Shown: positions 27,999 to 41,809 of the stretch, piece by piece
Layout: every line of letters begins with the position of its first letter
How positions within the stretch are numbered: the first letter of the stretch is position 1
From: Octopus vulgaris
Lineage: Eukaryota
NCBI GenBank assembly: GCA_951406725.2
Contig: OX597821.1
Coordinates: 35,154,001 to 35,218,000, forward strand
Direction of reading: 5' to 3'
DNA: 64,000 bases
Notes under the pieces: generated by a model
The model's input: the letters and a program-made list of their open reading frames with translations, nothing else
Told to the model about the DNA's origin: nothing
Database searches by the model: none
Made by a program: the position numbers and the translations under genes

Positions 27999-28180
27999 TA
28001 TATGTATATATGGGTGTGTGTGATTGTGTATAGAAGAATATATTAATAAAAAGAATTCCAACCTTGTCTGATTTTCACGTTTTATTTACAATCTTATAAT
28101 GATATATTATAAGATAATATATTATAATTGAATAAAATAAAATAAAATGAAATAGTAGAATGTTAAATATTCATTCTGAT

Positions 28181-28225
28181 TGAACTAGTACTTTCATGCA
28201 TTGAATTCTGCAATCTTCGGGTTCA
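28181..28225 (-). ncRNA. Minimal type-I hammerhead motif, different family (U4C)
   Basis: UGAAC-CCGAAGA-UUGCA..UGCAU-GAA-AGUACU-A-GUUCA: 5-bp stem I, palindromic stem III, CUA triplet. Confidence 0.6.
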
Positions 28226-28237
28226 TGTAGTAGTGTT

Positions 28238-28321
<84 letters not shown>

Positions 28322-28326
<5 letters not shown>

Positions 28327-28505
28327 ACAGATTTCTTCAAGGAATACCGGATAAGCCACCCATACCAGAATACAACTCACTCAACAAGAACTCACTGCTT
28401 GAATGGACCATAAACAAAACTTGACTTAAACAGGATTTAGATAATCATATCAGGTGGTACTATTAAAAGTTAGACATGGCCTTGACAAATCTTTTGTCGA
28501 AACAT
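28322..28505 (+). mobile_element. CR1/L2-group LINE 3' end between (TA)n tracts
   Basis: DRFLQGIPDKPPIPEYNSLNKNSLLEW is an ORF2 C-terminus-like stretch; homologous to 47640-48010. Confidence 0.7.
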
Positions 28506-28535
28506 ATATAAGTTTTATCTAAGTATTATATATAA

Positions 28536-28619
<84 letters not shown>

Positions 28620-29443
28620 TGATATATCTTTTAAGTATATATGTATATGTGCAGGTCCTAGTATGGGTGTGTGGTTAAGAAGTTCGCTTCTAATTTATCT
28701 GGTTTCGGGTTCAATTCTGCCATCTCGTGCAGCTTTAGCCAAGTGTCACCTTGCTACTAATCAAAGTTTTGTGACTAGATTTAACAGGTACGTTGCAGTG
28801 TTTTCTCTTGCATTTAAAGACGTGATATACGATATCGCTTACTCGGCAAACAGATAAAGATTAGGGATAGGTACGGCCTCTGGCCTTGAAACAATGCTTC
28901 TGTGATATATTTGTCTAACCCAAGCGAACATGGCAAAACGAACGTCAAAAACAACACACACACACACACAGACGCATGCATAAACAGCTTACGCACACAC
29001 ACACCATCATGTGGATTAAATCATTTAGATATTTATTACCAGTTTCGTTCTTATGCTATTTCCTGTCTTCCGCCAAAACGGGAAAAAAACTCTTTCCTAA
29101 TGTATTTTGACAGACATATATGAATCACTACATTTTTCACATTCATATACAAACGTCTGTGTACAGATTAGAAATGAACTTACACAATTATAAGCTCCCA
29201 CTATCACTGAAAAGCCTCCTCGTCGTCTAGCTTCTGTATCTTTCATGTTATTTTTTCATACATCTTTCCTGTGATAAACATACAGGAAAACAGAGAAGTA
29301 TATAGATACTCATATCGTAAACGTACACGGGCTTGTGCTTACGCGCACATGTATATATATATATATATATCGTTCTATGTATGTATGTATCTATCTATAT
29401 ATGTATAAATAAATAAATAAATAAATGTATATATGTATATATG

Positions 29444-29496
<53 letters not shown>

Positions 29497-29497
<1 letters not shown>

Positions 29498-29667
29498 GTC
29501 TTTTGGTGTATCTGGAGTGAGTATGACGTGAGGATACTGCTCCACATTTTGAAAAAGACCTTAGGTTGAATTCAGACGACTATGTTTAGCTGCTGGTCAA
29601 GCCCTGACTGTGGTCAAACTCTGGTTGAAGAGGGTTGATGCTGCAAGATCATATATGTGACAACGTA
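29497..29667 (+). pseudogene. Tc1/mariner-superfamily (DD37D-like) transposase fragment
   Basis: Broken translation PHFEKDLRLNSDDYV..VVKLWLKRVDAARSYMxQ resembles the stretch before the second catalytic D. Confidence 0.45.
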
Positions 29668-30612
29668 TTTTTGTACTAATCATTTGCTTAGGAATTGTGA
29701 ATATCAATCAATTAGTTACCATCTCAAAAAAAAAAAGGCAGAACTCACTGGATAACATACTTCTAGTTAGATAATGCCCGAAGAAAGAATGCGGGTGGTT
29801 ATGAATGAAAATCCTTTGATCATATGTCGGCTCAGTCATGGTCTGTCCGGAGCTGAAACAGCTTCTTGTTTGATAGGTTTACTGTTGTAACTATAATCAA
29901 TGTTTATGTCTACAGAGTTTTTTTAAGTGAGAAAGTACTTTATGCTTTAATAAGAGAAAGAAGGGTGATCCCAGTGATCATTTCGTAGGTGGATAAATCT
30001 GGTGTATGTCTTGAATGCGAGAATGAGGAAGAGGCCATGATTTGTGGATTCCTGAAGCAAGAAGCAGTATATCAAGATTTTGTTTTATCTCCAGACGGTA
30101 AATCTGGTATGAACGTTTACAAATAAGTACACTGCACTAAAAACTACTCAAGGAAAAATCCAGTGTTCTTAATCTGGCTGACAGTTTAAGTCTAGTCGCA
30201 TACGAACAAGTGGATTCTTAACGTCATGTTTTGTATTTACCCAGCTTAGTCAACTGGAGAACTGAGGTGGAGACATGTGTGCTGTGTGCCGCGGGGTTGG
30301 AATCATCTGGAATTTTACAGTGATGTGAAGTGAGCTTCTTGACAACACAGCTATGATTGCATACTTATTGATATGTTTCGTAATTTCATTGAAAGATTTT
30401 GTAGAAATCATTCTTTGATATGTAGGGCAACTTATCTCTAATGCTCAACGTACGAATTTACAGAATATGCGTCGAGCCAGCTAGGGAGACTTCCATGTAG
30501 AAGTCCGATGTGGTAGAAATTACATTTAATTCTTCTTGCAATCAAGTTCTACATTCTTAAAAAGAATATATTGTAGATTGGGTGATGTTGTTCTAGATCA
30601 GTCTGAAAAGAA

Positions 30613-30653
<41 letters not shown>

Positions 30654-30951
30654 AAGAGAGAGAGAGAGAGGAAGAGAGAAGGGCACTTGGGGATTACTAC
30701 TGCAACATCTTTTATAACCCACCCCTCCGGAAAACCTTTGATCATAAGGTTTGACCATAGTTTGATCCGGCACTAAACAGCATAAACAGTAACAAAAGCA
30801 TTTATGCATCACTTTCTGAATAAATTCTAGCCATGGAGGACTGTTATTTATTTAGTTGTAGTTTCGCCCCAGGTCAGGTTTGTTCGAGCAACCCTATCAT
30901 CAGAGGCTTCCTAGCAATGATCATCACCTTTTATTTTTAACATAATATATC

Positions 30952-31283
30952 TTGCAGCGTGGAAGGTGTTTATAAGCCATTTAAGAAACACACAAAACCG
31001 TTGGATTCACTTCAACATTAAAATTTAATTTGTCAAAATATTTTCGTCGCGTCGCTATAAGACCGCGACCTGTTCACTGTGATGCAGAACAGAAATTTGT
31101 CAGTGAATAGGTCGCGGTCTGAAAGGGACGAAAATATTTTGACAAATTAAATATAAATGTTGAAGTGAATCCAACGGTTTTGTGTGTTTCTTAAATGGCT
31201 TATAAACACCTTCCACGCTGCAATTGTTTTCGTTCCAGCACACGATCTCAGATCAAGTCATTCGTTATGCAAGTACATCTCCG
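30952..31283. mobile_element. Penelope-like short element with ~125-bp inverted duplication
   Basis: 30952-31079 is the reverse complement of about 31100-31223; imperfect TSD TAATATAT(C/T)TTG at 30943-30954 and 31284-31295. Confidence 0.8.
31094..31148 (+). ncRNA. Minimal type-I hammerhead variant with G3/U8 core
   Basis: AAUUUGUCA-GUGAAUA-G-GUCGC..GGGAC-GAA-AAUAUU-U-UGACAAAUU: 9-bp stem I and palindromic stem III. Confidence 0.55.
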
Positions 31284-31738
31284 TAATATATTTTGGAACA
31301 TATTATATCTGTAACTTCAATCAGTTCCTTTCACTTCAATCCAGTGACAGGGTCTGATTCGAAGCAGATCCGGTTACTATTTCTACTAGGCCTAACATTC
31401 AAGTAGAGTTTTATTCTTCGGTTTGTCGAAGTTGTTAAGAGCAAAACATTTAGAGAATTTTAAGAATGAATAAGGGGGGAAAATACAAAAAAAAAAAAGA
31501 AACAAAAGAAAAACGGAAAGCAAAACGCAAAATCGTACACACCTGTACAACGTAAGTTAGATAACGAACTAACGAAGGAGCGAGAGCCTAAATGGTTGGT
31601 CGAAATACTATAAATTGTAATCCAAAACCCTCCTGTTTCAGAAAAGGATCATTAGATAATGTAATTCAGGGTATGCTATATTTGAAAAAGAAAAAAAAAA
31701 AAAGAAAAGAAAATATGACGATATTATCGTAAGTGCGC

Positions 31739-31787
31739 TTGATAGGGGTAGCTTGATAGGGGTAGCTTTGATAGGGGTAGCTTTGGG
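31739..31787. repeat. Three copies of a 14-15 bp tandem unit TTGATAGGGGTAGC
   Basis: Seen directly. Confidence 0.9.
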
Positions 31788-32101
31788 ATGAAACAATAAC
31801 AACCGCATTAAAATGGAAGGAAGCAGCACAGATAGATATATATTCGTAGCAGTAGTCGAAGTGATGATGGTGGTGGCGATAGGGGTGGAGTGGGGGTGGG
31901 GGGGGCGCTGTCGTTATCGAAAAATTTTCGGGCCTTGAGTCATTGATGTTTCTGCTAAATATACATACATACATACATACACACACACCCATATCCATCC
32001 ATACATCCGTCCATACTCACACACATACTTCTGTCGTGAGCTCTTTTCTTTTGAGCTTTATTTCTCTTGTTTGCATCACAAAACTTCCATATTTATATCT
32101 A

Positions 32102-32158
<57 letters not shown>

Positions 32159-32709
32159 TGTGTGTGTGAGAGAGAGAGAGAGCGAGAGACGGACAGTCAC
32201 AGTCATACAAGCAGTGGAAAAACAAACACAGATTGCCTTCCCGTAGACTTCTGCTAAATGCATCATTTATTAGTTTCGCCCCACAAGAATCTTCATCCAG
32301 AGACAAGCAACTAAACCACCAGACCGAATTCTAATTAATATTCAGAGAAATGTCAAAATATTTAAGTATATTATATAACAATCGTGAAAATGTGCCGTGC
32401 TAAATATCTCATAATTGGATGCGTCTCCTTGTATTCTTAACTCAAGTCCAGCCGGGTTTCACTTCGTTTTTCATCTTTCCAGGGTCGATAATATAAAGTA
32501 GCATACAGCTGAGGTCGAGCACTGAGTTCGATATGATCTTGCACAGAATACTCACCCGATCTGCCTCCCCTCCTCCATCTAAACGTTTATGGTCTCGAGC
32601 CTGTATCAGGAATAATGGTTATCAATAACACCATCGGCACCAATATAATATATAATTGAGTGCATTGTCGAACCACAAAACGCTGCTGCCCTGCCTACTC
32701 ATTCACCCT

Positions 32710-33101
32710 CTTCCTCTCCTCCTCCTCCTCCTCCTCCATCTCTTCATCCACCTCCTCCTCCTCCCCTCCTCCCCTCCTCCCCTCCTCCCCTCCTCCTCTC
32801 CTCTCCCTTCCCTCCCCTCGCCCTCCTCCCCTCGTCTTCCTCCTCCTCCTCATCATCATCGTGATCATCATCATCATCATCATCATCATCATAGTAAGTC
32901 CATAACTACGATGACGACGACGACGACGACGACGACCACCACCACCACCACCACCACCACCACCACCACCACCACCACCACCACCAACAGCACCACCAAC
33001 ACCACCGCCACCATCATCTCCAACACCACCGCCACCACCACCGCCTCAGCCTCCATCCACCCCCAACAATACTACTTCAATTGTTGTCGATGATGATGAA
33101 A

Positions 33102-33140
<39 letters not shown>

Positions 33141-33295
33141 ATAGTGATGTTCGTAATGATGTTACGAGGCTTATTGATCACGACGCTCATAGTGTTGGTT
33201 CTTTCTTTAAATGGCGTTGGCGGCGGCGGTGGCGGCGGCGGTGGCGGCGGCAGTGGTGGTGGCGGCGGTGGCGGCGGCAGTGGTGGTAGCGGCTG
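32710..33295. repeat. Compound trinucleotide block (CCT)(CAT)(GAC)(CAC)(GAT)(GGC/GGT)
   Basis: Seen directly. Confidence 0.9.
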
Positions 33296-33664
33296 TTGAT
33301 GCTGTTAGTGGTTGTTATAACATACCAACATACTTTTTATATAACAATTCCCCAATTGTTAATTAATGCAGAATTGAAATTAAAGCTGCTCTGTGTTGCG
33401 TTACAGGATTCTAACACCCACTTGCTGTCAAACAACACCAGCCACATACATACGCACGCTCAAACACACACAGACGCGCGGACACACACACACACACACA
33501 CAGACGTGCGGACATACACAAACACTCGCACGCGCTCACACGCGTATACACATGCAGACAAACACACATACATACGCACTAGTAGTGTCAGATAAAGGAA
33601 CTCGTACATACAATGTATGCACAAACACATTCATACATAGAAGTATATTTATGTGTGTATGGTG

Positions 33665-33737
33665 ACATATATATGTGTGTGTGTGTGTGTTTGTGTGTAT
33701 GTATGTATATATTTGTGTGTATATAAATATATGCATG

Positions 33738-33779
<42 letters not shown>

Positions 33780-33937
33780 TGTACATACATACAGAAACAC
33801 ATATATATACATATATAAACACATTTGTCTATCTATATCATATACGCACATACACACACACATATATATGTACACACAGATATATACATGCATATATACA
33901 TATATACATACAGATACATACCTATATGTATACATGC

Positions 33938-33982
<45 letters not shown>

Positions 33983-34188
33983 TATATATGTATATATATA
34001 GGACAGCCTCAGTGTATACTAATACGAAAACATATGGCTTTATGGTACATAGGTATGTGAGGGATGTTTTCGGTTCATTTAACTTGGTACTGTTGATTTT
34101 GTTATTATTTTCAGTGTTATCTTGGTAGTTTGAAAAGAGGGTTTTTAGCTCTCATTTCTAGCAGGTAGATGTACGCGTACGTCCTTAT

Positions 34189-34273
<85 letters not shown>

Positions 34274-34348
34274 ACACACACACATATATATGTATGTACG
34301 TATACATACGTATCTGACATATGGACATGCGTTGCAAAGTATTATAGA

Positions 34349-34391
<43 letters not shown>

Positions 34392-34400
34392 TATGCATAT
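33665..34400. repeat. Mixed (TA)n/(CA)n/(TG)n low-complexity region
   Basis: Seen directly. Confidence 0.9.
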
Positions 34401-34974
34401 CATCAATAAATGCGTTATTGTGTATGAAATCATAAGTTCTAGAACTTGAAACTTCTCTTTATCTACTTCCTTCTGTACCATTTATCATATTTCCCCATTG
34501 GTCATTCCTCCACACCACTTATCATGTCATTCACCGTAACCTTCTGTTACTAGTATAGATATCACTAGTCTGTCAAGTGCTATTTGTATTTTGCTCTTGT
34601 CTGTACAAACATATGGCTTACGAAGATCAGTAACATGTCGGTCTACAACCGCAAAAGACCGGCGATTCACATCCTGCTATAAGCCCTAGGTTGTGTTGCG
34701 TCAAAAGAAAGTTGTTTTCATGCTCAAATGTTAACATATTCTGTTGATCCAAGCCAGACCATTTAGTGGTGTACTTTGATCCGATGGTGTACATTGATCC
34801 GACAGAATCTTGTAAATGCCTCATCTACTGGCTCGTCTGAGGTTGTTTAGTGATATATGTATTGGTTCCTGACCAAATAATTCCGGGGTCAATGGCATTG
34901 GGCGAATGTGTTCTCCTGTAGCCTCGCGCCAACTCAAGCCTTCTTAGTGGATTTGATAGACGCCAACGGAATAT

Positions 34975-35063
<89 letters not shown>

Positions 35064-35066
35064 TAT

Positions 35067-35250
35067 AGTTAATCCAAACATGAAAACACAAAAGGAAAAC
35101 ACAACAACGCCAGGACGAGGAACAAATATAGTATTATTGGACGCTCAGAAAGGAAGGAAAGAAGGCGGGTTTAACGTTTCGAGCAGAGCTCTTCGTCAGA
35201 AACATAGGAAAAGGAAAGATCGAATGAAGGGAAGACGGAGGAAAAAAATA
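35067..35250 (-). mobile_element. Short Penelope-like repeat (same family as 27690-27896)
   Basis: Reverse-complement match; flanked by (TA)n. Confidence 0.7.
35169..35203 (-). ncRNA. Minimal type-I hammerhead ribozyme motif with intact core
   Basis: GUUU-CUGACGA-A-GAGC.UCU.GCUC-GAA-ACGU-U-AAAC; GUU triplet. Confidence 0.7.
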
Positions 35251-37201
35251 TATATATACATAACACACACAACACACAGACACACACACACACATGCGTA
35301 CATACATACGTACATACATACATACTTTATTTATATTTGAAAAGTTGCATCATTACACTTCTGTGTACAACACTTAAAGTAATTCCGCCTTCAGTATTTC
35401 ACATAGCTATATCGATAAAGACTACTAACTGTAAATGCCAATGAACCACACATATATCATAAGAGGAATTAGTAAAATGTTGACTAAATATATTGAGTAT
35501 CATTCTCACACTTCAAGATGTCTGACTTGCCTATTTTGTACGCTAGCAAAGCAATAAATAGCATAGAAATTGGCGCTAAGATTCTTACAGGTCGACTTTG
35601 TGATGAGATTTGCATTACTGATTAAAGCCATTTCACTTTATGTAGGCCACGAATGTCCTGGAAAACAGTGTAAAAATATCACTAATTTATTTTTAACTTT
35701 AAATACACTGTAGGCCTTTTGTGATTACTCAATACAAACTGATAATAGTAAAGTTACAACAAAGCGTTTTGTCTTTTAAATACCTATATCCATTGTGGGA
35801 AAAATATTGTTGAATTCAGGCCTGTTTTTTTTTTTGTTTTTTGTTTTTTGGAGAAGAACTATGTGGGTTGGCATTCGGGAAGTAATTAAACCACTTTGAA
35901 AGATTTCCTCTTTGACGTGGAATCAAAATACATTATCTCTGACAAGAACAGTGAAGTAATTTTCTGTGACGAAGCCCTCCTCCACAATACGGGAAGCTAT
36001 CTGCCATCGTTTATTTATTTGGGTTGTAATTAGTCTAGCAGTCAATAACCCACGTACAAGATCTTTGAGCATATGGAGAATCTGTTGTATAACCGTGTGA
36101 GTGGAATGGTATTGATTCGTAATCGAATCATTTCTGAGATTTTGAAGTAAAATGCAATCAATAAAACGTAGAGATACAGGACCTGTCCAGAAACCTTGTT
36201 TCTGAACACTATATAGTAATCAAGATGGAAGCTATCATGCAGTCGCACAGCTTTCTAAAAATAGCAATCACACCTTCCTCAGATGACCTCGCTTCAAAAA
36301 GGAAAACAGCTCTCATTAGTCATAAACGTGATATTGTCATAGAAGAGCAAAAAATACGTAATGTATTTTTCTCTCCCACCCAAAAGAAGAAGGGATAGTC
36401 AAAGTTGGGATGTTTTCTTATTCAAAGCAAAGCAGCAAAATACAGAAGACTTTAGTGTTGACCAAGCAAGAATGGTTTTTATGTTCCATATGTCCCACTT
36501 CACAACAGATTGACTGACAATATATTTCATTCACTCAGTTACTCTATCTTTTCAATTACGTACACGCTTTCTCCACTGATTATTACTCTCCGTCTACACG
36601 CGCATGCTCACTGAACAATTTGTTTACTTAGTAAATCACTCGACATGCTCCTCATCCATTTTTTCCTTTACCATTTTCTCTCTCTCGCCACAAACACACA
36701 TATATACTCCTCTCCCATCAGTTCAATCATTCATTGCTCGATTGAGCCATTCAGTTAGGTATCCACCAAAACATCTTTTTGACCACCGTGATGTCTGTTT
36801 AGAGATAGAGTAGAAATAAGCATTATTGATAAGTGTAATGCAACTATTGCTACATGAATCTTGCTTTAAGTGGCCCTGCCTTAACCATGTATCCTTTTCT
36901 TAATGACTTGAAGGACATGATAAACTCAAGTTCTTAGCAGCAGAGAGACAAAGGAAAAATGAATATGCATAGGATACATAAAACAATTGTTTGCTATTTT
37001 GCCAGTATTGCCATGGATCCTTACCGCCTTAATCAAAATTTAATGGTACTGTCGTGATGTACATAGGGCGAGTCTTGGGCATTTTGAGACCCGTCGGAGC
37101 CTATCCCTTTCCAGTTCAACCAGAACCGATTTCTTCTAGTAAGAGTAAAAGACAGACATGGTAAGAGTAAGAGAACAATCGACCTCAGTACAAGACTGGT
37201 A

Positions 37202-38460
37202 TGATGTGCATTCCAGAGCCTTGGAGATATTTGTAAGAGAGACTTTCAAAGAAAAGCAAAATTCTAATCGCTTCAAGGTTGGATTCCATGACTTCAGCAC
37301 ACTTGCTGTAGCTTTACAGCCACGTCATGAGGACCCTATGGAGTTTCTCCAAGGTAAGAGTATTCTGAACACCTGTTATAGCCTGCATCATCTCAATTCA
37401 TATCAATATCTTGAAAACAACTACCCCTCAGGTTCTTCGTCAGCTTAGAGAATGATCAAAAGTCACAAGGAGTAAGGTCCGGCTTGAGGAGAAGATAAAG
37501 GACAGTTTTGATGTCCATCTCTGTCAAGCAGTTGGTTGCCAGAATGGAAATGTATTCGGTGCATTGCAGATGCCAACGACAACAATGGAAGGGCTTTGGC
37601 CTTTTCTGAACAAATGTCTTTATGAACTCTTTCAAATCTGCTACAGAGTACTCTTTGTAACCGTCTGGCCAGGATGTCCTTGTTGTAGAGGATGTCCTTG
37701 CTGTCAAAAAAGGAGATCATCAAGAGTTTCCCGGTGGATTTTCTTGGCATGGCCTTCTTGGATCCTGGTCTATGGATCATAACAGTAGAACCAGCTTTCG
37801 TCACAAGTCATCAAAGATTCGAGTATGTTAGATTAGAGGTAATGAGCTCAACCATCTGTCACCAACGCGTCTTCCCTTCTGTTCGTCACTGAGCACCATG
37901 GGAACAAATTTTGAACAAATTTCACACACGTTCAGGCCTTCATGTCTACTTCTCCGTACAGTTGCCACACCAACTCCAAACTGTGTGCTTATTGTCTTTA
38001 TAGACACAAGACGGTCTTCATCCAGAAAAATAGTAAATTTTCTCAACCATTTTTGATGTTGTGAGATACTTCTTTCTTCCTCACGCCTCTTCGTATTTCT
38101 CAGCCTCTCTACCGTCCTCTAACCTCAGATGCTCAGTTCACACAGGTTAATCCATAACCAGTTTAGAACATTTCATAAGTTTCTGTTGCATTTGTGCCCA
38201 GTTAATTCTAAGCTTTATTACAAAGCGAGCTTCCAAATTGTCTTCATGTCCTGACTGCATTCTGTAAACTAGTCCGCTGTGACCAGCAGTGTTTAGTAGG
38301 GTGTGTTCAAAGTGCTATTACATCATCTCCTTTAGTATGCAATAACAAAAGTTGCCAGATCAGCTTATGTATATTAATGATATATTAAATTACAATTATC
38401 TAGACAGCTGTAACTGCCTCACTTAAAAAAAGGTCTCAAAACCTCTGGAATGCACTAAGC
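37202..38460 (-). mobile_element. Decayed full-length mariner element (~1.26 kb)
   Basis: Fragments LGTNATETYEM, ICSKFVPMVLSDEQK, GKLLMISFFDSK and PDLTPCDF; TIR remnants GTGCATTCCAGAG (37206) and CTCTGGAATGCAC (38443). Confidence 0.85.
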
Positions 38461-38688
38461 ACATAAATTCTGAGTCCCAAAATTACAAAAGCAAAGATTA
38501 CTGTGGTGGGATTTGAACTCACGGCGCAAATATACGGAAAAATTACAACAAAGTAATGTACCCGACTCTATCGACTCTGCAAATTGGCCGCTTTGTCTAC
38601 TTTCATTGTTACGAATGATACAGAATTCGTTAAAAAATGTCTACAATTTGTGTTGACTGACAAGAAGAGACTTTGATTTCCTTACTAA

Positions 38689-39033
38689 AAAGGGGTATAG
38701 ACCCCCTTTGGTCATGGATATCCATGAGATTGCACCTAGAAAGTTACCCTCCGAGGCACAAGACCTGGCAAAGTTGTTATGGAAGACCAGCAGTCGCCCA
38801 TGCATACCGGCCTCCCCTATCCACGCCACCAGTGTCATCCAAGGGAAAGGCAAAGAGGCCGACACAGCTTGGCACCAATAACGTCGCAACTATTTGTACA
38901 ACTAAGTGAACTGGAGCACTGCGAAATAAAGTATCTTGCTCAAGAACACAACGCACAGCTCGGTCCAGAAATCGAAACTCACTACCTCATGATTATCAGC
39001 CTGATACTCTAACCACTGAGCCATGCACCTTCA
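38689..39033 (-). mobile_element. SINE family D
   Basis: tRNA-like head GGCTCAGTGGTTAGAG, CTTGAGCAAG core; matches 50900-51232. Confidence 0.88.
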
Positions 39034-39900
39034 CTATAATCTCACTAAACGTTTATCATTTGCCAAGACATCTTGCAAAGCAACACCAACGTGATGTAAC
39101 TCACTATGGTTTTTATTTACATCTAGGTTACTGTGCTTGTTAGAATTAATAAGTCCCTCTTGGATATGGATTGCACTGCACCTGTTCCCCTTCATCCATC
39201 AGCAACCATGTGCTATTTACTTCGCTAGATGCGAAGTAAATAAGCAGTGAATGTTAAGATAACTGTTGAGTTGACGTTGTCAAACATTTTGTAAGTTAGA
39301 ATGATATAATACAGCCAGATTGAAATCCAATCTGTATTTTACCGATGGGGGATATGTAAAGCGTCTTGCATTTTGACGCATTATGCTACTTGTGGTGAGA
39401 TTTCAGCCATCCAACCGTCTACGGTTTTTAACTGTTACATTTTTACGACCCGGCTGATATTGCAAAAGTTGCAGACACTTGTGTGTCAGAGAAGTTTCAT
39501 AATTTCCACTAGGAATTAATTACACCTAATTCCAAATGTTAAATTAGAGAAGTTGTATCATATGTCGTAATTTTCTTCATTAAAATGAGATTCCCCACCT
39601 AGGTTGAGTAAAAGGTTTACGTAGTGGAAGCTACATTATAAATTATTAAAGAGCAGTGCTGAGAATAGATAATATATTTGTGTTTAAATGTGGTTATGTT
39701 GACTTTTCTGTATGCGTATGCATATGCTTACTTTTTTCAATGTGAGTGGTTCGTATTTATATTTATGTAAACTCACACACACGCGTGCGTGCACACATAC
39801 ACAGAGTCACACACATACACATGAAAAGAAACATCAAATATATACAAATATCTCTAATATTCAAATACCAATCTTACTCCTTATTCTCTTCATCTATCTG

Positions 39901-39946
<46 letters not shown>

Positions 39947-40299
39947 GCATGTATGTATTTTAAAGGTTAGACATTTCCAGAATAGAAATATTAAACTAAA
40001 TCCTGTACTTTATCTCTGCATCAGTTGAATCGTATTTCACTTTACACATTGAAGACATCTGTATAAAGTACATTAAAACATAATCGGCTATAACGACTCT
40101 TATTAACCATCGTTCCTCTATGAATATCTGACATTTCCTTACTGTTATTAGGCTCTCGTTAATTGCAAAAGTTTCAAATGCTAATTAAATATTTTTGCCC
40201 CAAATAAAATATGCTTTCCTTTCTAATCAGTTGATCTATGCTATCAGGGATCGACAACCCAAGAGTGTCGCCGGCAGTGACTTTGATTACGCTTTAATT

Positions 40300-40590
<291 letters not shown>

Positions 40591-40592
<2 letters not shown>

Positions 40593-41150
40593 GAGTGAGA
40601 GAGCAGTGCATGCCATCAAAGTGACACTGGGGTAAAATATACGAAGCCCAGTATACCCATCATGACTACACGTCTGATAAGGCTACACTAGGCACATGCA
40701 TCACAACCATACGTGCACGACATGGTGATCTCATATTAAGATAAACAGCACATGACCTTGCAGGTGGGGCCCAGTTAGAATTTTCTTCTTGTCGAGTAGA
40801 CCATCCTGCTCAAAAGGTCCCTGAATAAGGATTGTTTAAGGACGTTGAACGTACCACCCATGTTTCCAAAGGTGAATTATCCAAACCTCTAAGAATTCCT
40901 TTCAACACACGGCTATGATGCTCCCCCACTACTTCTGCTCATGATCAGAGATGCACATATCGTCAGCCACTAAGGGACATGGTCAACTGGTTATGGTCAA
41001 ACAACTGACAAGCAAATCTGTGGTATTGAGCAGAAAATTTGCTGTAGCCTATCTTTCATGCCAAGACAAAACACGTACATGATAAGACTTCCAAACAGTT
41101 AAGATCAGAAGCCATGAGAGCCGCTGCCTAGTACTGCATCAGGGCATTTA
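40591..41150 (-). mobile_element. ~560-bp non-coding element embedded in (TAA)n (candidate R4-dependent non-autonomous retroelement)
   Basis: GC-richer block sharply bounded by (TAA)n on both sides; no ORF of 60 aa or more inside it; single copy here, so strand and class are inferred. Confidence 0.55.
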
Positions 41151-41157
41151 TTATTAT

Positions 41158-41274
<117 letters not shown>

Positions 41275-41800
41275 CGCTTTATCACAGGTTTTGTCGACGC
41301 TCCTGGATTCTCGCAGGCGTAGTGGGCTTACTACCTGTAGCCTACAATACCATCCTATTTTTTTCTTTTCAGCTAATATTTTCCTGATTATTCTGGCAGT
41401 GCCAAGGAGGCAAACCTTTTGTAACAGTTCTACTGGGCACTCTATTCCAATTTCCTTTATATTCCTCTTGATTCCTTCTGATACTGTTCCCAAGGACTCG
41501 ACAATAATTGGCACTATCTTCACCTTCTTCATTTTTTTATAACCGGGCTATTTCGTACTTAAGAGGGTAGAATCTATTTTTGATTGATTCTAGTTTCAGC
41601 TCACGAGCTGTGGCCATGCTGGGGCCTATATTTTCGCCTTCCTTCTTGACTATTCGTGGGTCAAAACGGCATGCAACGTCAACTATATAACATATGTGGT
41701 GCACCTTGTTCACCACCACTACTAGGTCCGGTCTGTTATGCTCTTACACCTGATATTTTAGGATTGGGAAATCCCAGAGGATTTTGCTAGTCTCCGACTG
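41275..41800 (-). mobile_element. Dong/R4-clade LINE 3' fragment (restriction-like endonuclease domain) with (TAA/TAG)n tail
   Basis: KILWDFPI..HNRPDLVVVNK..YIVDVACRFD..KVKIVPIIVESLGTV..LLQKVCLLGTARIIRKIL. Confidence 0.9.
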
Positions 41801-41809
41801 CTTATTGGC

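Noticed and set aside
31739-31787. Short direct repeats resembling a CRISPR array or iterons
   Set aside because: No spacers, eukaryotic context and no cas genes; a simple tandem duplication.
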